Part shown: one piece after another, positions 50,919 through 61,826 of the stretch
How positions within the stretch are numbered: position 1 is the first letter of the stretch
Layout: every line of letters starts with the position of its first letter
From: an uncultured Nitrospiraceae bacterium
GTDB lineage: Bacteria > Nitrospirota > Thermodesulfovibrionia > Thermodesulfovibrionales > SM23-35
Reading direction: 5' to 3'
Length of the DNA: 64,000 bases
NCBI GenBank assembly: GCA_963727775.1
Contig: CAVSHB010000002.1
Span: forward strand, 416,001-480,000
Translations under genes and position numbers: made by a program
Notes under the pieces: generated by a model
The model's input: the letters and a program-made list of their open reading frames with translations, nothing else
Told to the model about the DNA's origin: nothing
The model's database searches: none

Positions 50919-51662
50919 TTATTTGGAAGCGAGCAAATTTATCTTGTGCGCGAGGCATCCCGCCCCGAAGCCGTTATCGATATTCATTACGGCAATTCCC
51001 GGAACGCAGGAGTTGAGCATCGCAAAGAGTGCAGTCAACCCGCCGAGGCTGGTGCCGTATCCGATGGATGTCGGGACCGCGATAATCGGTTTGTCTGTGA
51101 GGCCGCCTACAACCGAGGGCAAAGCCCCTTCCATTCCCGCGACTACTATAATGACTTTTGAAGCATTTAAGGACTTTTTGGAACCCATAAGTCTATGAAT
51201 CCCTGCTACTCCTACATCAAAGACAGCCTCGACTTTACTTCCCAAAAAAGATGCCGTTACCGCCGCCTCTTCAGCGACGGAGATGTCGGATGTCCCGGCG
51301 GAAAGTATGAGGACATGTCCTTTTTTCTTTTTTTCTGTGTTTGCCGTTATAGTCCCGGATAAAGGATGGTATACCGCGTCTTTGATAAGGAGCCTGTCGA
51401 ATATCTCTTTAGAAGCCTTTGTTATAAGCAACTTTTTGCTTTTATTATAAAGAGCATCGGCTATGGCAATAACATCTTCGGTCTTTTTCCCCTCGGCAAA
51501 TACGACTTCAGGAATACCCTGTCTTATCTGCCGGTGGTGGTCTATCTTGGCAAAAGACAGGTCTTCAAAGGGGAGGTGTTTAAGTTTGCTGAAAGCATTT
51601 TTTATAGTCAACTTGCCCGATCTTACAGATTCGAGAAGTTCTTTGATCCTTAATTCATCCAT
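50919..51662 (-). CDS. larB: Nickel pincer cofactor biosynthesis protein LarB (PurE-like)
   Basis: AKIDHHR, AGTSD..VAEEA, DVGVAGIHRL, AGMEGALPSV, NIDNGFGA. Confidence 0.92.
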   Translation of the reverse strand: MDELRIKELLESVRSGKLTIKNAFSKLKHLPFEDLSFAKIDHHRQIRQGIPEVVFAEGKKTEDVIAIADALYNKSKKLLITKASKEIFDRLLIKDAVYHPLSGTITANTEKKKKGHVLILSAGTSDISVAEEAAVTASFLGSKVEAVFDVGVAGIHRLMGSKKSLNASKVIIVVAGMEGALPSVVGGLTDKPIIAVPTSIGYGTSLGGLTALFAMLNSCVPGIAVMNIDNGFGAGCLAHKINLLASK

Positions 51663-51686
51663 CGGGATTCACGGGTATGCAGGATG

Positions 51687-52682
51687 TCAGCCATAAAATT
51701 CTGATTTTAATGAGCGGTCCATCAGATCTTTGGCAGCAAAGAAGGGGTCCTTGTCCTCATAAAGGACCATATAAACCTGTTCTATAATAGGCATCTCTAT
51801 TTGATATTTCTTCGCAAGCTCATAAGCGGACCCTGCAGTTGCCACCCCTTCGGCGACGCTCTTTGTCTGGGTCAGGATGTCTTTCAGTTTCATGCCCTGC
51901 CCGAGTTTGGAGCCTACGGTATAATTCCTCGACAGCGGACTTGTGCAGGTAAGGACCAAATCCCCTATGCCGCTCAGCCCTGAGAATGTTTTTTCTTTTG
52001 CGCCCATGGCAACGCCAAGCCTTGTCATTTCAGCAAGGCCTCTTGTTATGATCGTTGCCCTTGCATTATTTCCGAACCCAAGACTGTCGGAAATCCCTGC
52101 TGCTATTGCCATAACATTCTTTAAGGCACCCCCGATCTCAACGCCTATTATGTCATTGTGAGTATATACTCTGAAACTATTTATGTTGAATACTTCCTGG
52201 AGCTCGAACCCGATGTTTTTGTCTTCTGTCGCCAGGGTTACGGCAGCGGGCATTTTTTTTATTACTTCCTTTGCAAAGCTCGGCCCTGATAATGCGGCGA
52301 CAGTATGCCCGGAAAGTTCTCTTAATATTGAAGAGACTGTCAGCAAAGTCCCTTTTTCTATTCCTTTAGAGATACTGACGATTATTGCTTCATCGAATAT
52401 ATGACGTACTGCTTCACTGAATACGGCGCGGGTATATTGTGTTGGAACGGCATTGACGATGTAACGGGCTTTTTTTACAGCTCCGGCAAGATCGTTTGTG
52501 ATCTTCAGATCGTCAGTCAATCTTATATCAGGCAAATATGTGCTGTTTACCCTCGTTTTATCCATTGTTTCAGCGAGGTCTTTTTCGTGAGCCCATAAGG
52601 TCACGTCGTAGCCCTTATCGGACAGGAGATACGCGAGGGTTGTTCCCCAGCTGCCGGCACCTATGACGGTAATATAGCTCAT
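51687..52682 (-). CDS. gpsA: NAD(P)H-dependent glycerol-3-phosphate dehydrogenase
   Basis: GAGSWGT, SKGIE, SGPSFA, GGALKNV, GDLVLTC..SRN. Confidence 0.96.
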   Translation of the reverse strand: MSYITVIGAGSWGTTLAYLLSDKGYDVTLWAHEKDLAETMDKTRVNSTYLPDIRLTDDLKITNDLAGAVKKARYIVNAVPTQYTRAVFSEAVRHIFDEAIIVSISKGIEKGTLLTVSSILRELSGHTVAALSGPSFAKEVIKKMPAAVTLATEDKNIGFELQEVFNINSFRVYTHNDIIGVEIGGALKNVMAIAAGISDSLGFGNNARATIITRGLAEMTRLGVAMGAKEKTFSGLSGIGDLVLTCTSPLSRNYTVGSKLGQGMKLKDILTQTKSVAEGVATAGSAYELAKKYQIEMPIIEQVYMVLYEDKDPFFAAKDLMDRSLKSEFYG

Positions 52683-54434
52683 CTAATTTTTCTTCTCCGG
52701 CTTCAGGGATTTTTCGATCTTTGTCCATGTGTCGCGCAGTGTCGCAGTCCTGTTGAAGACCGGTTTGCCGGGGGAAGAATCGGGATCGACGCAAAAATAA
52801 CCCTGTCTCTCGAACTGGTATCGACTACCTATCGGGGCATCCGAGAGACTTAATTCTACTCTGCAGGATTTCAATATCGTTAATGAGTTCGAATTAATAT
52901 TGAATTTAAAATCACGTCCTTCTTCAATATCATTCGGGTCTTTCTTTGTGAACAGGTGGTCGTAGAGGCGCACCTCTGCTTCGACCGCCTGAGGCGCTGA
53001 AACCCAATGCAGCGTCGCCTTGACTTTGCGCCCGTCCGGTGAGTCGCCTCCGCGTGTCGCGGGATCATATGTGCACCGTAATTCAACCGGTTCTCCGGTC
53101 CTTTCGTCTTTGATTACGCCGATACATTTAATGAAATATGCATAACGCAAACGCACTTCACGTCCGGGGGCAAGGCGGTAAAACTGCTTCGGCGGGTCTT
53201 CACGAAAATCATCCCGTTCAATGTAGAGCACACGGGAAAAAGGGACCTTCCGCGTACCCATTCCCTCGTCTTCAGGATTGTTTACAGCCTCCAGCTCTTC
53301 AACGAGATCTTCCGGGTAATTTTCTATAACGACTTTAAGAGGATTTAACACAGCCATAACACGCGGGGCGTGCTTGTTAAGGTCTTCGCGGATGCAGTAT
53401 TCAAGCAACGCCACATCTACCATGCTGTCTCTCTTTGCCACGCCGATGCGCTCGCAAAAGTTTCTGATCGCTTCCTGTGTGTAGCCGCGCCTTCGCAATC
53501 CGGAAATAGTCGGCATACGCGGATCATTCCATCCCTTTACGTATCCTTGATCCACCAGCTCAATAAGCTTGCGTTTGCTTAATACTGTATAACTGAGGTT
53601 GAGGCGGGCAAACTCTAACTGACGCGGGTGGTAAACTCCTAATTCGTTGAGAAACCAATCGTAAAGCGGCCGATGGTCTTCAAACTCCAGGGTGCAGATC
53701 GAATGAGTGATGCCCTCGATGGAGTCGGAAATTCCATGGGCAAAATCATACATTGGGTAAATGCACCATTTATCGCCTGTACGATGATGGTCTGCATGCA
53801 GTATGCGGTAGATGACCGGATCGCGCATGTTAAGATTGCCCGCTTTCATATCAATTTTCGCACGAAGCGTGTGTGAGCCGTCCTCAAACTCACCTGCATT
53901 CATGCGCTCAAATAAGTCAAGGTTTTCTTCGACCGTACGTGAGCGGTAGGGGCTGTCTTTCCCGTGTTCCGTCAATGTGCCTCTGTACTCTCTTATTTCC
54001 CGGGGGCTCAAATCGCAGACATAAGCCTTCCCGGCTTTAATCAACTGGACCGCATACCGATATAGGCTATCAAAATAATCTGATGCGTAATGTAATCTGT
54101 CGTCCCAGTCAAAGCCGAGCCACCGGACGTCCTCCTTAATCGATTCGACATATTCGACTTCTTCCTTTGTAGGGTTTGTATCATCGAACCGGAGATTGCA
54201 AGACCCTCCGAAATCTTCAGCAATCCCAAAGTTAAGACAGATTGACTTTGCGTGTCCGATATGGAGATAACCGTTTGGTTCAGGAGGGAACCGTGTATGG
54301 ACCCGGCTGTCGTACTTTTTTGCCTGTATATCCTCCGCTATGATGCTCCGGATAAAATCCGAAGTCTGAGACGAATCCGGAGCAGGCGCTTGAGAAGATA
54401 CCTCATCTTTATTCATTTCTTTTTTGTCTTTCAT
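52683..54434 (-). CDS. glnS: Glutaminyl-tRNA synthetase
   Basis: [39 protein letters not shown]. Confidence 0.96.
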   Translation of the reverse strand: MKDKKEMNKDEVSSQAPAPDSSQTSDFIRSIIAEDIQAKKYDSRVHTRFPPEPNGYLHIGHAKSICLNFGIAEDFGGSCNLRFDDTNPTKEEVEYVESIKEDVRWLGFDWDDRLHYASDYFDSLYRYAVQLIKAGKAYVCDLSPREIREYRGTLTEHGKDSPYRSRTVEENLDLFERMNAGEFEDGSHTLRAKIDMKAGNLNMRDPVIYRILHADHHRTGDKWCIYPMYDFAHGISDSIEGITHSICTLEFEDHRPLYDWFLNELGVYHPRQLEFARLNLSYTVLSKRKLIELVDQGYVKGWNDPRMPTISGLRRRGYTQEAIRNFCERIGVAKRDSMVDVALLEYCIREDLNKHAPRVMAVLNPLKVVIENYPEDLVEELEAVNNPEDEGMGTRKVPFSRVLYIERDDFREDPPKQFYRLAPGREVRLRYAYFIKCIGVIKDERTGEPVELRCTYDPATRGGDSPDGRKVKATLHWVSAPQAVEAEVRLYDHLFTKKDPNDIEEGRDFKFNINSNSLTILKSCRVELSLSDAPIGSRYQFERQGYFCVDPDSSPGKPVFNRTATLRDTWTKIEKSLKPEKKN

Positions 54435-54447
54435 TTATTGTTGGCAT

Positions 54448-55866
54448 TTATTGCTTGTCATTTATGGTTCTGATTGCTTTATCGAGCCTTTTCATCGTTT
54501 TTTCCTTTCCGACCAGCTCAATCACCTCAAAGATGCCCGGACTTTCAGTCTTCCCGGTCAACGCGACCCGGACAGGCTGCGCAATATTTCCGAGCTTGGT
54601 ATCCAGCTTTTCCCCGATGGCAATAAAAACCTTTTCTATCTCCTGCGCGTCAAAACGGTCGAGTTTTGCGAGCAATTCCCTTACCTCGATCAGATTTACA
54701 AGATATTTATCCTGTAGGAATTTCTCTTTTGCCTTCTCATTATATTCCACGTCATCTGCTATATAATACCTCAATGATTGGGCAAGTTCCAGAAGGGTCT
54801 TGGAACGTTCTTTGAGAGTATCAATCGCCTTTGAAAGCCATCCTTCATCCGGAAGCTGTCCATCAACGGTTATTCCTTCCTTTATGAGAATAGGCTTAAC
54901 AAGACTTACAAGGTTTTCAGACGGAGATGCAATTATATATTGGCTGTTAAGCCAGAGGAGCTTCTCCGGATTAAAGACAGCTGCTGATTTACCGACGTTG
55001 TCAAAAGAAAAATATTCTATCAGCTCGTCGATTGTGAAGACCTCCTGGTCTCCGTATGACCAGCCGAGGCGCACCAGGTAATTGATCAATGCTTCAGGGA
55101 GATACCCCATTCCTTTATAGGCTGTGACCGAGGTAGCGCCGTGCCTTTTACTCAGCCTCGCCTTATCAGATCCTAAAATCATGGGCAGATGAGCAAACAT
55201 AGGGATTTCGTAACCAAGCGCGCTGTAAATGTGGATCTGTTTCGGTGTATTATTCAGATGGTCATCACCCCTAATGACATGTGTTATGTTCATATCCACA
55301 TCATCAACGACAACGGTAAAATTATACGTCGGCGTCCCGTCGGACCGGACGATTATAGGGTCGTCTATGAGAGCGTTATCAAAGGTTATCCTGCCCCGGA
55401 TCAAATCATTAACAACTATCCCGCCTTCCTGCGGCATTTTGAAACGGACTACAGGCTTTCTCCCCGGCACCTCCTTCAGGTCCCTGCAGCGTCCGTCGTA
55501 TTTGGGTGATTTCCCCTGCGCCAGCGCTTCCTGTCTCCTTTGTTCCAGCTCTTCAGGGGAACAATAGCAGTAATAGGCCTTTCCATATTTTAAGAGTTTG
55601 TCTGCGTAGTCCTTATATACATCAAACCTGTCTGTCTGTCGGTATGGGCCTTCTTCCCAATCAAGATTCAACCACCTCATCCCTTCCATGATCGAATCTA
55701 TATATTCTTCGGTTGAACGGGTCCTGTCGGTGTCTTCGATCCTCAGTATAAACGTGCCGTTGTTGTGTTTTGCAAACAGCCAGTTGAACAATGCAGTCCT
55801 TGCCCCGCCTATATGCAGATGTCCGGTCGGGCTCGGTGCGAACCTTACTCTTATTTTTTCAACCAA
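54448..55866 (-). CDS. gltX: Glutamyl-tRNA synthetase
   Basis: RFAPSPTGHLHIGG, IRGDDH, LSKRHG. Confidence 0.96.
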   Translation of the reverse strand: MVEKIRVRFAPSPTGHLHIGGARTALFNWLFAKHNNGTFILRIEDTDRTRSTEEYIDSIMEGMRWLNLDWEEGPYRQTDRFDVYKDYADKLLKYGKAYYCYCSPEELEQRRQEALAQGKSPKYDGRCRDLKEVPGRKPVVRFKMPQEGGIVVNDLIRGRITFDNALIDDPIIVRSDGTPTYNFTVVVDDVDMNITHVIRGDDHLNNTPKQIHIYSALGYEIPMFAHLPMILGSDKARLSKRHGATSVTAYKGMGYLPEALINYLVRLGWSYGDQEVFTIDELIEYFSFDNVGKSAAVFNPEKLLWLNSQYIIASPSENLVSLVKPILIKEGITVDGQLPDEGWLSKAIDTLKERSKTLLELAQSLRYYIADDVEYNEKAKEKFLQDKYLVNLIEVRELLAKLDRFDAQEIEKVFIAIGEKLDTKLGNIAQPVRVALTGKTESPGIFEVIELVGKEKTMKRLDKAIRTINDKQ

Positions 55867-55905
55867 AGATGACCTCCGTATTCTTAAATCAAATAATAAT
55901 AAAAC

Positions 55906-56013
55906 ATAATTTCAGATGTTGTGAAAAAATTTATTTTTCGATACCTTGACATAATACTATTTCAGAATGAATTCATCGAGTTAAATAAATTTTTGAACAG
56001 TATCTGAAATTAT
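55906..56013. repeat. AT-rich hairpin/MITE-like repeat family 2, copy 1
   Basis: Imperfect ~31-bp terminal IR; arms shared with 60175-60322. Confidence 0.75.
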
Positions 56014-56018
56014 TTCCT

Positions 56019-57437
56019 TTAATCCCTGACCTTTTTCACCTCAAATTTCAAAATATTTTTTGTCTCTTCAGTGACCTTGAAGCGCTCATCCCCCCTGTAC
56101 CCTACGATCCATATAATATCATTTCCAGATACTATTAGCGGGACCCTGTCACGCTCATCTCTCGGTATCTTTTCGTCAACAAAAAAGTCCTGAAGTTTTT
56201 TCCGCTTGCCGAAGCCTGACGGATAAAAAGCATCACCGTTTGTTCTCGGCCTTGCCGTCAGAGGGAGGCGTACTTTATCTGCATCGAAGAAAGCTGAAGA
56301 AGCCCAAAGGCCATCATTTCGAGATACGACATCCAATCCGTGACTTTCGATTACAAAGGACTTAATCAATAATCCTGCTTCCTTCAGGATAGTGTCTCCG
56401 GGGACTGCCAATGTATAGGTATTTAATGCGACCGGCGTCTCAGACGTTAGGACGAGCATCGCATAGTCTTTAATTACCCTAATGTCTTTAGGGAGGTAGA
56501 GTCTGTCACCGGGCTTGCCCTTCTTTATAAGTTCAAAGATGTCCTCTATATGAATGAAAGTTATCCCGCGAAGACCGTTTGTTTCATCTATCGCCCTCCT
56601 CAGGACCTTTCTCAATATTACTTTATCCATGCTCTCAAACGGGCTGAGAAAAAGTTCAATTCTGGTATCGGTCTTCCTGCTTATGAGTTTCATCAGTGTC
56701 TTGGTAACAATGATCTCAAAATATTTTTCTTCGTCCCTGAATATTGACGCAGTCCTCGAAAGGGTTTCGGTAATATCGGGATTAAGTTCCTTAATGATCG
56801 GCATGAGTGAAAGCCTTATTCTGTTCCTCAGATAATCTATTTTAAGGTTCGATGAATCGATAACAAAATCGAGCTTCTCATGGGAAAGGAATTCTTCGAT
56901 CTCTTTTCTCTCAATCTCAATCAGCGGCCTGATGATATTTTTCCTTACAGGCGGAATACCGGCGAGGCCCGTGGGGCCCGATCCCCTGAAAAGACGCATT
57001 AAAACTGTTTCAGCCTGGTCGTCTGCTGTATGTGCCAGGGCGATTTTATGGGCATTTGTTTCATAAGCGGTTTCTTCTAATACCTTATAACGCAAACGCC
57101 TTGCTGCGTCCTGTATGGAAGTCTTTTGCTCTTTAGCACAGCTCTTTACATCAATCGCCTTTGTAATAAACGGTATGTTGAGTTTTCGTGCCTGCATTCT
57201 ACAGAAATCAATCTCATTAGGTGTTTCTCCGGGTCTCAGGCCGTGGTCGATATATATTGCATGCAACTCGGTCATGAATTTATCTTTTAGGGCATGGAGC
57301 ACATGGAGGAGACATACTGAATCGGGCCCGCCAGATAATCCAATAAGGATCCTTTCTCCGCCGGAGATCATGGCATACCTGGTTATAGAGGCAATTACTT
57401 TCTGAAAGAAGTTCGGCAACAAGATTGTTATCTCCAT
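56019..57437 (-). CDS. tilS: tRNA(Ile)-lysidine synthetase
   Basis: SGGPDS, DHGLR, AHTADDQAET, RPL, DSSN, RNRIR; start uncertain. Confidence 0.95.
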   Translation of the reverse strand: MEITILLPNFFQKVIASITRYAMISGGERILIGLSGGPDSVCLLHVLHALKDKFMTELHAIYIDHGLRPGETPNEIDFCRMQARKLNIPFITKAIDVKSCAKEQKTSIQDAARRLRYKVLEETAYETNAHKIALAHTADDQAETVLMRLFRGSGPTGLAGIPPVRKNIIRPLIEIERKEIEEFLSHEKLDFVIDSSNLKIDYLRNRIRLSLMPIIKELNPDITETLSRTASIFRDEEKYFEIIVTKTLMKLISRKTDTRIELFLSPFESMDKVILRKVLRRAIDETNGLRGITFIHIEDIFELIKKGKPGDRLYLPKDIRVIKDYAMLVLTSETPVALNTYTLAVPGDTILKEAGLLIKSFVIESHGLDVVSRNDGLWASSAFFDADKVRLPLTARPRTNGDAFYPSGFGKRKKLQDFFVDEKIPRDERDRVPLIVSGNDIIWIVGYRGDERFKVTEETKNILKFEVKKVRD

Positions 57438-57733
57438 GAATCCTTATTTAATATGTCGAGGTACTCTTCCCATTCAACCGGCAAGAGATATTTCTTCTTA
57501 TTGTTGCATTCTTTGCAGGCTGGGACAAGATTTCCCTTTGATGATTTGCCTCCCCGTACTAAGGGAATTAAGTGCTCCATAGTGAGTTCTTTCGGCGGCA
57601 CTTTGGCCCTGCAGAAATAACAAATGCCTTCAGCACGTTTTCTTTGCCACCACTGGGATTTTCTCAGCTTCTGTGCCTTGTTTTTTTCTTTTTTTATCTC
57701 TTCTTCAGTAACAGGTGAAATAAAAGGTTCCAT
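57428..57733 (-). CDS. Small HNH endonuclease family protein
   Basis: CYFC, LTMEHLIPLVRGG, NLVPACKECNNKK. Confidence 0.85.
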   Translation of the reverse strand: MEPFISPVTEEEIKKEKNKAQKLRKSQWWQRKRAEGICYFCRAKVPPKELTMEHLIPLVRGGKSSKGNLVPACKECNNKKKYLLPVEWEEYLDILNKDSWR

Positions 57734-57833
57734 AGTTATATGTAATTAATAATAGGGGTTTCCCATGGCAATCTTATAAAGGGCCTATCAAGCTCTGAGG
57801 ACCTTGATGCGTTGGCAGAGATGGTAAGAAAAA

Positions 57834-58181
57834 TTAGAATAATTTGCCGAGATTGCCCAAGCCCGGCAACTGCAACCCGCCGGTCAATTTTGACATCTCG
57901 CCGTTTACCATCTCCTGGGCACGCCGCAAAGCCTCATTGGCTGCCGCCATGATAAGGTCCTGAAGCATCTCGACGTCATCCGGGTTGACTACATCTTTTT
58001 CGATCTTTATCGAGAGTATTTCTCCTGCGCCGCTTGCTACTACGGTGACCATCCCGCCTCCTGCGGAAGCTTCAACGGTTTTTTTCTTTGCCTCTTCCTG
58101 CATCTCGGCCATTTTTGTCTGAAGCTTCTGTGCCTCGCGCATGATATCTCCAAGCATCTTCTTTGACATCTTGTCCTCCAT
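57834..58181 (-). CDS. ybaB: YbaB/EbfC nucleoid-associated protein
   Basis: [27 protein letters not shown]. Confidence 0.93.
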   Translation of the reverse strand: MEDKMSKKMLGDIMREAQKLQTKMAEMQEEAKKKTVEASAGGGMVTVVASGAGEILSIKIEKDVVNPDDVEMLQDLIMAAANEALRRAQEMVNGEMSKLTGGLQLPGLGNLGKLF

Positions 58182-58209
58182 TCACCCCTTAAGAAATCAG
58201 AGGGGTAAT

Positions 58210-59880
58210 CTATTTTCCATCTTCATTTATTTGCGTCACATCGACAATCCTGCCGTCAAAGAGTTCAAGGACCTCTTTGACCAGCGGATCTGCCATTACT
58301 TCTTCCTTCAGGTCTTTTTTACGGACGGCCTTTTTTTTCACGCTTTCTATTTCCAGACTGATTCTGTTGCCGAGTTCTTCCGAAAAAATTTGCTCTATTT
58401 CTACCTTATGTTTTTTGATTGAATCCGCAAAGAATGAGTCCCCACCATTGAGGGTCAAGACCATTTTATCTCCAATAATCTTAAAACTTGCCCTGGACAA
58501 TTTCGAAGCCAATGGCGTATCCAACCTTTTTATAGCCCTGTCCCATATTCCGTCCGAAACAGCTTTCCCCTCTAAAGCTGCGGTATCTTCCCGGGCTTGC
58601 AATGCCGGTTCGGGCAAGCCGGCGGCTTTCGAATCTTTTGCAAGAATATCATGCGTCGGTTGCGTTACGCTTGCGGCAACCTTTTGTTCAATATCTCTTA
58701 CCGGGCTGTGAGGGACTATTTGCGGATTTCCTTTAGCCGGTATGAGTTTCGCATATTCCTCAATATTTTCCAAAATATCTTTTATCGGTTTAATATCGCG
58801 TAGAAAACTTATTTTTAAAAGGGACATTTCGAATGCGAGACGGGGTAAGGATGCATTTCTTATATCAATCTCTGTCTTCAGAAGTTCTGAGAGTATGAGA
58901 GCAAGCTGGTTTTCTGAGGTCTTCAGCAGGATATTTCTAATGCTTTCGAGTTCCTCGTTGCTTATGTCAAGCGTCTCTTCCGGTTTTTTCACAATAGCGG
59001 CAACAAGCATATTCCTGAAAAACTGAATGAGTTCTTTAGTGAAAGATCTGATATCAGTCCCCTTTTCCATGAGTTCCGCCGTAATGTTCAGAATGTCTTC
59101 TTTGTTGCCTTCGATTAGGGCCACCGAGAGCTGGGAAAGAAGCCCAAAATCTGTTATGCCGAGGAGGTCTTTAACATCAGATTCATTTATGTCTGTTGCA
59201 AATGAGGATATCTGGTCAAGTATCGTGAGCGAATCCCTCATGCTTCCGTCTGCCGCCCGCGCAACCATTTCGATTGCAGGTCCGGAAATATTGATGCCTT
59301 CCGTATCCGAGATCTTTATTAACCTATCCTTTATCATGGGAATGGATATCCTCCTGAACGGGAGATGCTGGCAGCGGGAAAGCACGGTTGAAGGTACCTT
59401 TTTGGGAGCTGTTGTCGCAAGCACAAAGACAACGTGTGCCGGGGGCTCTTCCAGCGTTTTTAATAAGGCATTGAAAGCGGCGTCAGACAGCATGTGCGTT
59501 TCATCGATTATATAGACCTTATACCTTGCGCCCGAAGGTACATATTTCACCCTTTCCCTGAGATCTCTTATGTCATTGACACTATTGTTCGATGCGCCGT
59601 CTATTTCCATCACATCTACTGAAGAACCGTCTGTTATTGAAGTGCAGAATGCGCATGAGCCGCAAGGGGAAGATGTCGGTCCATTTTTACAGTTCAGCGC
59701 CTTTGCGAGAATCCTTGCCGTAGATGTTTTCCCGACCCCTCTCGGTCCCGAGAAGAGATAGGCGTGCGCGATCCTCCCCTGATCAATAGAGTTTTTTAGG
59801 ACTCGTATTATGGGTTCCTGACCTATGAGGTCGTCAAATTCCCGGGGTCTCCATTTTCTTGCCAGTACTAAATAGCTCAT
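58210..59880 (-). CDS. dnaX: DNA polymerase III gamma/tau
   Basis: YLVLARKWRP, GPRGVGKT, EIDGASN, FNALLKTLEEPP, SRC. Confidence 0.96.
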   Translation of the reverse strand: MSYLVLARKWRPREFDDLIGQEPIIRVLKNSIDQGRIAHAYLFSGPRGVGKTSTARILAKALNCKNGPTSSPCGSCAFCTSITDGSSVDVMEIDGASNNSVNDIRDLRERVKYVPSGARYKVYIIDETHMLSDAAFNALLKTLEEPPAHVVFVLATTAPKKVPSTVLSRCQHLPFRRISIPMIKDRLIKISDTEGINISGPAIEMVARAADGSMRDSLTILDQISSFATDINESDVKDLLGITDFGLLSQLSVALIEGNKEDILNITAELMEKGTDIRSFTKELIQFFRNMLVAAIVKKPEETLDISNEELESIRNILLKTSENQLALILSELLKTEIDIRNASLPRLAFEMSLLKISFLRDIKPIKDILENIEEYAKLIPAKGNPQIVPHSPVRDIEQKVAASVTQPTHDILAKDSKAAGLPEPALQAREDTAALEGKAVSDGIWDRAIKRLDTPLASKLSRASFKIIGDKMVLTLNGGDSFFADSIKKHKVEIEQIFSEELGNRISLEIESVKKKAVRKKDLKEEVMADPLVKEVLELFDGRIVDVTQINEDGK

Positions 59881-59902
59881 ATCTTTTTCCCTTGTCCCTC
59901 TC

Positions 59903-60011
59903 CAGCCTGAGAACGGCTACCTCCGGCACCCAGGAAAAACGCTTACCGTTGCTTCCTTCCGGACCTCACGGGGTTCACATCCACCTGCTGCGAAGGGCCG
60001 TCCCCAGGCTG
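59903..60011 (-). ncRNA. ffs: Signal recognition particle small RNA
   Basis: GAACCCCGTGAGGTCCGGAAGGAAGCAACGG core; closing stem CAGCCTG/CAGGCTG; upstream of dnaX. Confidence 0.92.
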
Positions 60012-60024
60012 CAGAAAGACAAGA

Positions 60025-60115
60025 TGGCGGAGAGAGTGGGATTTGAACCCACGGTACGGTATTAGCGTACACACGATTTCCAGTCGTGCTCCTTCGGCCG
60101 CTCGGACATCTCTCC
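60025..60115 (-). tRNA. tRNA-Ser (anticodon GGA)
   Basis: GGAGAGA acceptor stem, CACGA-CT-GGA-AA-TCGTG, long variable arm, GGTTCAAATCC, 3' GCCA. Confidence 0.96.
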
Positions 60116-60174
60116 TAATGGCCGTTATTAATAAACAGTAAATCGTAACAAGTCGACACTAAAAATTAACGATG

Positions 60175-60322
60175 CAATACGGATATTGTGAGGAAATTTA
60201 TTTATTGATACCTTAGTGTACCTTAACCGATGGTTTTTGGAAATATTTTAATGGCAATAACAATCAAGGATAATTTCAATGTTCCATCAAGTTAAATAAA
60301 TTTTTGAACAACATCCGTATTG
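60175..60322. repeat. AT-rich hairpin/MITE-like repeat family 2, copy 2
   Basis: CAATACGGATATTGTGAGGAAATTTATTT...AAATAAATTTTTGAACAACATCCGTATTG. Confidence 0.75.
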
Positions 60323-60389
60323 TGCCTATCAATAGAGAAGATGCTCGGCTTACGATCCTTATAAGATTAATGAAAATACGGGTATAAAA

Positions 60390-61826
60390 TCAAGGTTGCG
60401 AAGAAAGCTTATTTTTTATTAACTCATTCACCATTTGGGGGTTCGCCTTGCCCTTTGTCATTTTCATCACCTGGCCTACAAAGAACCCTATGAGTTTTTC
60501 TTCTCCTCCCTTGAATCTTTCAACCTCTTTCGGGCTGTTTGCGATGATATCATCAAGCGCTTTTTCTATCGCAGCGGAATCGCTTATCTGTACCAAGCCT
60601 TTTTCTTTTACAATGACCACGGCATCTTTTCCGGTTTTATATATTTCATCGAAGACTGTTTTCGCTATCTTTCCGCTGATGGTGCCGCTATCTATAAGAT
60701 TGAGCATATCTACCAGTTGCTTCGGTCTCAAGGGACATTCTTCAACGGTCTTATTATCTTCATTCAGCAATTTCATCAAATCGCCTTTCACCCAATTCGC
60801 AACAGTCTTCGGCTGGCCGCCGAGCCTTACAGCTTCTTCAAACCAATCGGCCAACGGCTTTTCCGCTACGAGCAGCCCTGCGTCGTATTCGGGAAGAGCG
60901 TATTCGGACACAAACCGCGAGCGCTTTGTGTCCGGCAGTTCCGGCAAAGACGCTCTAATCCCGTCGATCCATTCTTTTGCGACTACGATGGGTACGAGGT
61001 CAGGCTCGGGGAAATAGCGGTAGTCATGGGCTTCTTCCTTACCCCGCATGGATTCCGTTATGCATCTGTTCGAATCCCAGAGCCTTGTCTCTTGAATAAT
61101 TTCCCCGCCTTCTTCCACAACCTTTATCTGGCGTTTTATCTCATATTCCAGGGCCTTTTCAACAAATTTGAAGGAATTGATATTCTTTACTTCCGCCCTT
61201 GTGCCGTATTCTTTTTGACCTATGGGTCTTACGGAAATATTTGCGTCGCAGCGCATAGAACCCTGTTCCATGTTGCCGTCACATACGCCGAGATATCTGA
61301 GAATGGCCCTGAGTTTTTTCATATATTCCACAGCTTCCTGCGGACTTCTTATATCAGGCTCTGAAACGATTTCCATCAAAGGTACACCTGCCCTGTTTAA
61401 ATCCACAAAACTGTAATTGCCCGCGCCTTCATGGATGTTCTTTCCGGCGTCCTCTTCCATGTGAATTCTCGTAATCCCAATTCTTTTGATAGAACCTTCC
61501 ACAACTATTTCTATATGACCATTCTCGCAGATGGGAAGCTCATACTGGCTTATTTGGTAGCCTTTCGGCAGGTCGGGATAAAAATAATTTTTCCGTGCAA
61601 ACCTGCTGTAATTGGAAATCCTACAGCTTGTAGAGAGGCCTGTTTTTATCGCAAACTCGATGGCTTTTCTGTTTAGAACCGGGAGCACTCCGGGCATTCC
61701 GATGCAGACGGGACATGTCTGGGTATTCGGTTCGGAGCCGAATATGGTAGAACAGCCGCAGAATATCTTCGTGTCTGTCAGCATCTGCGCATGAACCTCA
61801 AGGCCGATAACAGTTTCATATTTCAT
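60390..61826 (-). CDS. gatB: Asp/Glu-tRNA amidotransferase subunit B
   Basis: [35 protein letters not shown]. Confidence 0.97.
   Translation of the reverse strand: MKYETVIGLEVHAQMLTDTKIFCGCSTIFGSEPNTQTCPVCIGMPGVLPVLNRKAIEFAIKTGLSTSCRISNYSRFARKNYFYPDLPKGYQISQYELPICENGHIEIVVEGSIKRIGITRIHMEEDAGKNIHEGAGNYSFVDLNRAGVPLMEIVSEPDIRSPQEAVEYMKKLRAILRYLGVCDGNMEQGSMRCDANISVRPIGQKEYGTRAEVKNINSFKFVEKALEYEIKRQIKVVEEGGEIIQETRLWDSNRCITESMRGKEEAHDYRYFPEPDLVPIVVAKEWIDGIRASLPELPDTKRSRFVSEYALPEYDAGLLVAEKPLADWFEEAVRLGGQPKTVANWVKGDLMKLLNEDNKTVEECPLRPKQLVDMLNLIDSGTISGKIAKTVFDEIYKTGKDAVVIVKEKGLVQISDSAAIEKALDDIIANSPKEVERFKGGEEKLIGFFVGQVMKMTKGKANPQMVNELIKNKLSSQP

Noticed and set aside
58329..58339. A-AAA-AAG slippery sequence in dnaX as a gamma/tau frameshift site
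   Set aside because: It is only ~40 codons from the C-terminus, within a Lys run, and no stimulatory structure is evident
60435..61364. 309-aa antisense ORF over gatB, and the many other antisense ORFs in the track
   Set aside because: Shadows of well-supported genes on the opposite strand, with no motifs of their own
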